A DNA stretch of 63,908 nt, counting the filler, from Licmophora abbreviata (lineage: Eukaryota): assembly GCA_900291995.1 (NCBI GenBank). It is 15 parts of 15 records of this genome, joined end to end, with 100 filler letters (N's around TTAATTAATTAA, not from the genome) between each part and the next. Parts side by side here need not be neighbours in the genome. Positions count along the whole stretch, not along the records: positions 52,516 to 59,300 come from OLMU01004083.1; positions 59,401 to 61,245 come from OLMU01004085.1; positions 61,346 to 63,908 come from OLMU01004088.1; 12 more parts are not named here. One strand, given 5' to 3'. Position numbers and translations under genes: made by a program. The notes beneath the pieces were generated by a model. That model searched no databases, had not been told where the DNA came from, and saw only the letters and a list, made by a program, of their open reading frames with translations. Positions 57,445-63,908 of the stretch are shown one piece after another. The stretch's first letter is position 1; each line of letters starts with the position of its first letter.

Positions 57445-59300
57445 TTATGAAAACGGTATCAGCGCAAGGAGCGAGACGACACCCGCAAACGTAGCGAGCA
57501 GGATTCGGGAGTAGCTAATGTCGTCGACCTCATTTCGTGCCGGGATCTCGTTTCCCTGCTGGAAGAATATCACAAAGCTAAAGTAAAAGAGGAACAAGTC
57601 GGATCCGAATATTCCAGCCACCAGTAAACTCAACAGAAAGATTTGCCCAACGATAGCCTTGGCACCGCGGTTAAATAGAGTCAGCCCAATGCGACCTCCA
57701 TCAGTTGCTGCAGACAAAAGATCGCGTAGCGGTGAGCGACGTCAACGTACACAAAGAGAGCAAGCGTAGAACGAACGATACAAAAACTCACTTCCAATTG
57801 GCAAAAGTGCAAGAGCATTTACAATCAGACCAATGTAACCGGCAATGGCGACAGGATGTAGTGGAATGTTGATGCTTGCCACCGCACTTGACCCCAGAGC
57901 AGCGCCGGGCACACCCAAAGCGCCGTTCCCCAGCACAAACTCAATGATTCCCCCTCCCAATGTACTCTGTCTCAGAATCTCCAAAGGAAGCGCCGGAAAC
58001 ATGGCATACGACTGAGGATCCGTGAACGCAGTGAACTGGCAGCCCAGGACCAACGCCCCGATGGACGCTGCCATACCGGCAAGCGGACCCGCGATCGCAA
58101 AGTCAAACATGGCCTCCTTGTTCTTGGGTGGCGTCTTGAATGTCGTAATAGAGCTCGTTATGCCAGTAACAAACGATGGAACGAACGTGGGGATCGTAAT
58201 TTCCGTCTTGTAGGCTGCGGCGGCAGCTCTATGCGCAAGCTCATGCACCAGGTTGATGGCTATGAAAGTGCCAAACAAGGGTAGACTCATATCCGTCAAC
58301 CAACTCAAGTCGTACGTCATTCCTGCATCTGCCAGGCCCATCTGCTCCTCAGCGCGTTTCATGATGCCTTCGTTCAAGAGGAATGGGTAGATAGAGAGAT
58401 ACCAGGAGGATGCAATGCCGATAGCCGAGACGGTCGAAAACAGCAGCCGTCGCCGCTCGCTAGTCACATCCGGGCCCAAGACGAGCAACACGGGAGGGTT
58501 GTCGCTAGGGTCAAACATGGGACTTTCCATTTGCTCCTCTGTAAAGACAGTAAAATCGTTGACAAGGAAGACAGAGAGTTTGCCGCTGATGGACGACTTC
58601 GCGAGCGCTTCGTCGATCGCATCGATCGTAGCGTCATTATCTTCGAGGCGGCTTGTGCCCCGAACAACGAAACCACCTGACACTGGTTCTGGTTTGCCAC
58701 TGGGCATAAAGGACGCCTTTGGTAACACCTCAGTAATCAGGGCCATAGCTTGTGCTTGTGTTGGGGCTTCTTCGTCTTTACGTGTGCATTTCGGAAACAG
58801 AGATTCGGCAACCATATCGACATCTGTCTTATTCACCACCGACGTCACGATATTGAGAATGTCAATATCTCCAGCTGCCATCAAGCCACTCATCATATAC
58901 TCTGCCCTAATGTCGGCCTCGTATTTGTCCTTGAGAAACGCACGAGCGGCCTCGTCGTCCGACATGGTCTCTCCCTCGGGCAGTGCGTTCTTGAGCAAGC
59001 GAAAAAAGGGCTGCTGCTTGATCCCTTCCACCTCCTTGTCGGTAAAGACAGGTTCTTTCAGATTCAGCATCTCTGAATAGTCTTTTCGTTTGTCCGTCTC
59101 CATCATCTTCAAGGCAACTTCCGTACTGTTAATATCCTTGACGTCGTCGGGAATCAAGCCGACGGCATTTGCAACCAATAGCTTTGTGAAATCGGGGGCT
59201 TCCTCGAAATTCTTTCGCAGCTCGTCGATATTTGGTGGATCCGCATCCACCCCCGACTGCTCTGATGACATGGACACGGTTCCTCCTCCCAATGGAGGAG
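57445..59300 (-). CDS. EGY-like site-2 intramembrane metalloprotease (M50), probably plastidial; 5'-truncated; intron 57791-57708
   Basis: NLVHELAH (HExxH), FDFAIAGPLAG, LHPVAIAGYIGLIVNALALLPIG-TTDGGR and EIPARNEVDD. Confidence 0.9.
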
Positions 59301-59400
59301 NNNNNNNNNNNNNNNNNNNNNNNNNNNNNNNNNNNNNNNNNNNNTTAATTAATTAANNNNNNNNNNNNNNNNNNNNNNNNNNNNNNNNNNNNNNNNNNNN

Positions 59401-61245
59401 GTCCCCCAAACAAGCAAAAGGATCTGGACGCCTTGGTCAAGGCCATGAGTGGAAACGAGGACAAAATTATGGCTAGAATTCAGGAGTGGTGGGATGAGCC
59501 GCAACCCTCGCAAGAAGCAGAATGGGAGGACGTCAATAAAAAGGGCACTTCGAAAAAGCAACCAAAGCAGTCGCAACCAAGGCACCCGAAACAACAGCAT
59601 CCTTCACAGCAGCAGAAACAACAGCATCAAACGACCAACGGCGGTCGTGGACGTGGTGGCAGAGCCCGTGGCAGCGGTGGACGAGGAGGACGAGCTTCGT
59701 CGGAGCGTCGGGGGCGGGGAGGTGGACATCGCTCGCCTCCAGTAGAAAAGAAAACGCCAACACCGATCGAGAATGACAGTGCAGCGGCAAATTCGACAAA
59801 AGTAGAAGACGAAGGAGTTCCCAAGCCCGTGACGGTCGCTCCGGCGCCTCGCGGCGCATGGGGACAGGCCGCCGCCGCGCCTCCTCCTCAAACACCCAAG
59901 GTGGAAGCTCCATTTATTGATCCACTCCCTCCCCCTCTCGAGAAACCGATGGACATTGGCATTGTGGCAACGAGCGATCCGACTCCCTCTGGTTTGAAGG
60001 AAACCGTTGTTGTAGATAAGCCTGTGCGATCTTCTGGAAATGTTTGGGCAACGAAGGGTTCTGCGCATCTCATTCAAGCGGAAAAACCGAAGCCACCGCC
60101 GCCCCCACAATCCAGACCTTCGCCCAAGCGGATGGAGTTGCCTGTCCAAGAGGCAAGAGCGAGCATGATCAGTTCACCACCGGCTCTCCCACCGACTTCC
60201 AGTATTGGTGGTGCTCCCACATGGGACACAACGCCGCTGTCTCCGACTGTACCAGTGCCTCCCTCGCCGAAGGCTGCACCTGCGCCTACTCCCAAGCCAG
60301 CCCCCGTACTCAATATGGGACACTGGGAATCGGGCGAAGGAGATGACACGCAGAACTTGGACTTTGGTTTTGGATCATTTGGGAACGAGAGCGAGGGCCC
60401 TGTCGACAGGGCGACGCCCTCGAAGGATGCGAGCACAATGTCGCCCGCGAGACCGCCTCCTGGTCTCTCCATTGGCGGAATGCCACCTATGCCGGCGAAT
60501 GCAGTTCTTGTTCACGAGCTCGAGAATGCGTCTCTCGGACAGAGTGCGGAAACGCCCGCTTCTTCAGCTCCAAAGACTGATCTTCCGACCTCTCACCCCG
60601 TTCCCCCAACTCAACACCCCCCGCTCGGTGCTCCACCAGGCAGCATGCCGCAGCCACCAAACTATAACGCTGGTTATGGGATGGGTGTCGGTTACAGCTA
60701 CAATGCTCCTGGCGGGAACGGTTTCGTCGGAGTGCCTGGTGCTTTGCCCGGCGCGCCCCCTTCCTCAAAGGCTCCTGCTGGCCTCGCAGGAGGACCGGCC
60801 ACGGGAGTGGTCGTCTCTGGTCCGCAAGGACCTCAAGGCGGTCTCTACGGAGCATCCAACTCGAACAATGAAGGTAGCAACGTCCCTCTCTCCAGCGAGG
60901 GCACCGCCACGACTAATGCGACGGCGGCGGCCATCCCACCTGGCATGCCGGGTGCAGCGATGCCCTACAACCCGCCTGTCTTTTACGGACAACAGCCCTA
61001 CCAGATGGGCCAACCCCATGGAGGGGTTGGATACGGCTATGGATATGGAGCTCAGTTTGGAGGAGGCGCTGCCTTTGGTTATCAGCAAGGCATGATGGGA
61101 CAGAACGGAGGCTATGGTGGTCACTACGATGACCAGCAACAGCAGCAGCAGCGGAGGCGATGGTGGTGGTGGCTACCAGAACAAGAATAACGGCGGATAC
61201 CGTGGACGTAACTCGAATCAGTACGCACAGAATCAGTACACTCCT
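59401..61245 (+). CDS. UBAP2/Def1/GIP1-like low-complexity protein (end of a UBA/CUE-like domain, RGG, Pro-rich, Gly/Tyr/Gln prion-like tail); partial at both ends; probable frame break near 61135-61150
   Basis: KDLDALVKAMSGNEDKIMARIQEWW..WEDVNKK, RGG box, LDFGFGSFG (FGxF-like) and G/Y/Q-rich C-terminus. An alternative frame continues GGDGGGGYQNKNNGGYRGR. Confidence 0.65.
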
Positions 61246-61345
61246 NNNNNNNNNNNNNNNNNNNNNNNNNNNNNNNNNNNNNNNNNNNNTTAATTAATTA
61301 ANNNNNNNNNNNNNNNNNNNNNNNNNNNNNNNNNNNNNNNNNNNN

Positions 61346-62319
61346 TGACTTTGCACATGACACTTGTATTCAGCAGCAAGCTTCCCCAACGACGACATGA
61401 GTTCCGGAGAGCAGGTAGGAATGAATCGCGGTGTTACAATCGGAAGAATCATTGGAAGCATGTTGGTTCCTTCTGCTTCTCCTTCTCTTCCAGCCTTGTC
61501 GTGAATGTAGTCAATCAGCTGTCTCGTTTCCTCTACATTCGCCTGAACCGTCTGTACATAGTCCATTGGACTGTTCCGATCCATACACACCTTTCCAATC
61601 AACGCCCGCTGGCCTTGTTGCAAGGCAACATCTACCAGCAGCATGCACGGCTTCAAATGCAAGGTTGCATAGTACACGGCCGTGGTGGTTCCCAAGGACA
61701 GTGTCGTTCGAACGAGCGACTCGTACACACACTGCGCATGCGCAAGGTCCGTCCCCAATCGACGTTCCGAAGGAAAGGTGTACGTTTCGAGCCAACCATC
61801 GGGTCCCATAAGCGGACGATCGGTGGCTATGGACAATGTACGTGGAGAAACGATCGAGTCAGTGTTCCTGTGATGCGTACATGTAACATCAAGGTGTCTC
61901 CTGTCGACTTCAGTATTCCACTCACCTGTTCCAGTATACGAAAACTGCGGCGCGTGAATGTGCAAATCAATGAATCCTGGACATAGAAATTCGTGATCGT
62001 CGAGTCGCATATACTGTGAATCATCACTCGTTGTGTCATCATGACTGAGAAACCAATCATGTTGATGTTTCGAATCCGAAGCCGGTGCCAGGTGAACAAT
62101 GATTCCTCTCGAATCCACCATGACGACATGGTCCAATAAGATCTTAAGTTTTGGTCCAAGCCACTCATAAGAATCGCTACTACTAGTATTTGTACTTTCG
62201 TTCGGTGACAGGTCTTCTTCTTCTAATTTCGAAAAGGGATTTCCAATGGGGACAATCACGTTTCCACGAATGATCCATTGTATGGAGGAACGAGACTCGT
62301 CTACGTTAGACATTACCAT
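61346..62319 (-). CDS. GDA: Guanine deaminase (amidohydrolase); in-frame intron 61925-61827; 3'-truncated
   Basis: CPGFIDLHIHAPQF, WLETYTFPSE, GTTTAVYYAT, RALIGKVCMDRN and PIVTPRFIPTCS. Confidence 0.93.
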
Positions 62320-62742
62320 TTTGGAGGTGTACCGTCGGTGCTGCCTTCGTCACTCGTCCTCGCCTCCTACCATGGTGCAACTTATTCGAGTACGAGTAGA
62401 ATTTACGAGTCGAACTTTGTTTTGGAAGGATCTTTTTCTCGTTTGGAACTTGGATCTTTCCGACCTGTTCGACTCGACTCTTTCAAGTCGAATGAGTCGA
62501 GTCAACGAGCGGATGCACGTTGAAGACATATCTACTCTTCCAAGATTCCTTTGATCCGTACCATCTTTTGGAGGTGGTCTACGTGGAAAGGGAATCTCAT
62601 CTTCACGCTCCTTGTTGAGACGTCACTGGAGTTCTCATCCTCCTCCCCCAAACATGATTTGACACACACAGCACGATACCGACATTTTATCATACAAGAG
62701 AACAACACAATCCAAGCAACAAGACTCCTCATATTCATCATC

Positions 62743-63201
62743 ATGATGCTATCCGCCGCCGCCGCTCGTGCCTCCATGGCCCGTACTTGCACCACCACTC
62801 TGCTTCGTAGTACTCCACCTCCTACTGCTCTTTCCGTCTTGGGAGGGAGTCGATGCATGGCGATCGGCGATCAGTTGGCCAAAAAGGTGCGTGTAATATG
62901 AATCTAGTAGTAGTAGTAGTAGTAGTACTAGTAAGAGTACTACTAGTAAGAGTACTACTAGTAAGAATGTCTGATGTTCTCACCACCTCACTTACTTTCG
63001 TTTCAGGAAAAAGTCGAAGAGGATCGTTACATTCGTCAGCAGGAAAAGGAAATGATGGAACGACACAAGGAGGCTGCCCAGGGCGACCCCGACTTGGAAC
63101 AGGCCATGAACGAAGCTGCCATGGCCTTGACGGCCACGAAGGATTCCGTCAGTCAGGAAGGAATCACCAAATTGGCGCAATGGAAACTGGGACGAAAGTA
63201 G
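62743..63201 (+). CDS. Mitochondrial ATP synthase inhibitor IF1-like protein; intron 62887-63006
   Basis: Mitochondrial presequence followed by GDQLAKK|EKVEEDRYIRQQEKE, resembling the IF1 inhibitory helix (F.K[KR]E.AEEE.Y.R). Confidence 0.7.
62905..62967. repeat. (TAG)n microsatellite plus three ~15-bp GTACTACTAGTAAGA units inside the IF1 intron
   Basis: Directly visible tandem arrays. Confidence 0.9.
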
Positions 63202-63382
63202 GAGAGGACGAATAGCAGTAGAAGTAGTCAAAGAGAGAATGTAGGAGTCGATCGATCATTGAAGGCTCATTTGTCGTATGAAATCGGAGGAAGCTCGTGT
63301 CGTACGAGGATAAGGTAGAGGAATTCCATCCGTAGTACTACTGTAGTGATAGAATGGTGTGTTTGACAATCCTGTATTCTAC

Positions 63383-63908
63383 TTATGGAAGAGGAATCAA
63401 CGTCAATGTGACGAGCAGTGAGCACGCAATGCCCAAGAATCCTCGCGATACATCCAATTCGTCCACCTCGTTTCTCACAGGACCTTCCAGTTCGCGTTGC
63501 CATAGTAGCGCAAAGAGTGTATAAAGCAATAGCAGTATGGGGGAATCGTTGCTCACGTCACCAAAGAGCAGTCCGCCCGTACAGATCAGAATAAGAATGG
63601 TCGAAATCAGGGCCTTGACCAGATAGGCGCCGCGTCGACCAAACATGGCGAGGCTGATGCGGCCGCCGTCCGTGTGTCCTAACGGTAAGAGGTTCAGCGC
63701 GTTGATGACTAGGCCTGCGTAGCCGGCAATGGCAAAGGGGTGGAGGGGGAGTACTACCGCAGTCTCGGGGCTTCCGGAGGATGACAAGACGCCGCTGCCT
63801 AAAAAGTACTCGATCATTTCTCCACCCAGAGCACTCGAACGAAGAAAGGAAACTGGTAGTGCGGGCAAGTTGCTTACTGAGTCCATGTCCATGGATGCAG
63901 TCATTGTT
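63383..63908 (-). CDS. C-terminal part of a second EGY-like M50 protease paralog
   Basis: LPALPVSFLRSSALGG, LHPFAIAGYAGLVINALNLLPLGHTDGGRISL and GPVRNEVDELD. Confidence 0.88.
   Translation of the reverse strand, partial: TMTASMDMDSVSNLPALPVSFLRSSALGGEMIEYFLGSGVLSSSGSPETAVVLPLHPFAIAGYAGLVINALNLLPLGHTDGGRISLAMFGRRGAYLVKALISTILILICTGGLLFGDVSNDSPILLLLYTLFALLWQRELEGPVRNEVDELDVSRGFLGIACSLLVTLTLIPLP

Noticed and set aside
17516..63201. Functional cluster of mitochondrial genes (MPP-beta, Mic19-like, NFS1, IF1)
   Set aside because: They are scattered across different contigs among unrelated genes, as expected by chance in a gene-dense genome.
57445..63908. Tandem EGY/M50 gene cluster
   Set aside because: The two paralogs are divergent and separated by two linkers and unrelated genes; physical linkage is unproven.

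Overview
Gene-dense nuclear DNA of a eukaryotic alga, almost certainly a diatom and probably a pennate. Support: short GT-AG introns, ASAFAP-type bipartite plastid presequences, frustulin ACR domains, RxL-processed K/G/S-rich proteins and a CoDi-type Copia element. Fourteen artificial 100-nt linkers (N44-TTAATTAATTAA-N44) interrupt the window. At least four fall inside continuous genes (flanks duplicated across the gap); the others join unrelated or truncated sequence, so gene neighbourhood across them is unreliable. About 33 protein genes can be modelled, including F-box/LRR, tesmin/TSO1 CXC, TANGO6/RTP1, acyl-CoA synthetase, ALB3, PABPN1, FKBP, MPP-beta, IFRD, V-ATPase c, NMNAT-like, CDK, Mic19-like, frustulin fusion, Yip1, UBX, M43, NFS1, sulfotransferase, two M50/EGY, UBAP2-like, guanine deaminase and IF1. 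There is also a LINE remnant, a short LTR with PBS and a decayed Copia. Several apparent frameshifts sit in short homopolymers and are most likely assembly errors. Best leads: (1) a V-ATPase c-ring paralog with no proton-carrying Glu; (2) a membrane-anchored, RxL-punctuated silaffin/cingulin-like polyprotein; (3) a 149-bp LTR followed by an unusually long tRNA-complementary tract; (4) five CHR (TTTGAA) boxes upstream of the CXC factor gene itself; (5) a tandem WH2-like repeat protein; (6) a frustulin/beta-propeller surface protein. All calls are from motif recognition by eye; no database search was run.
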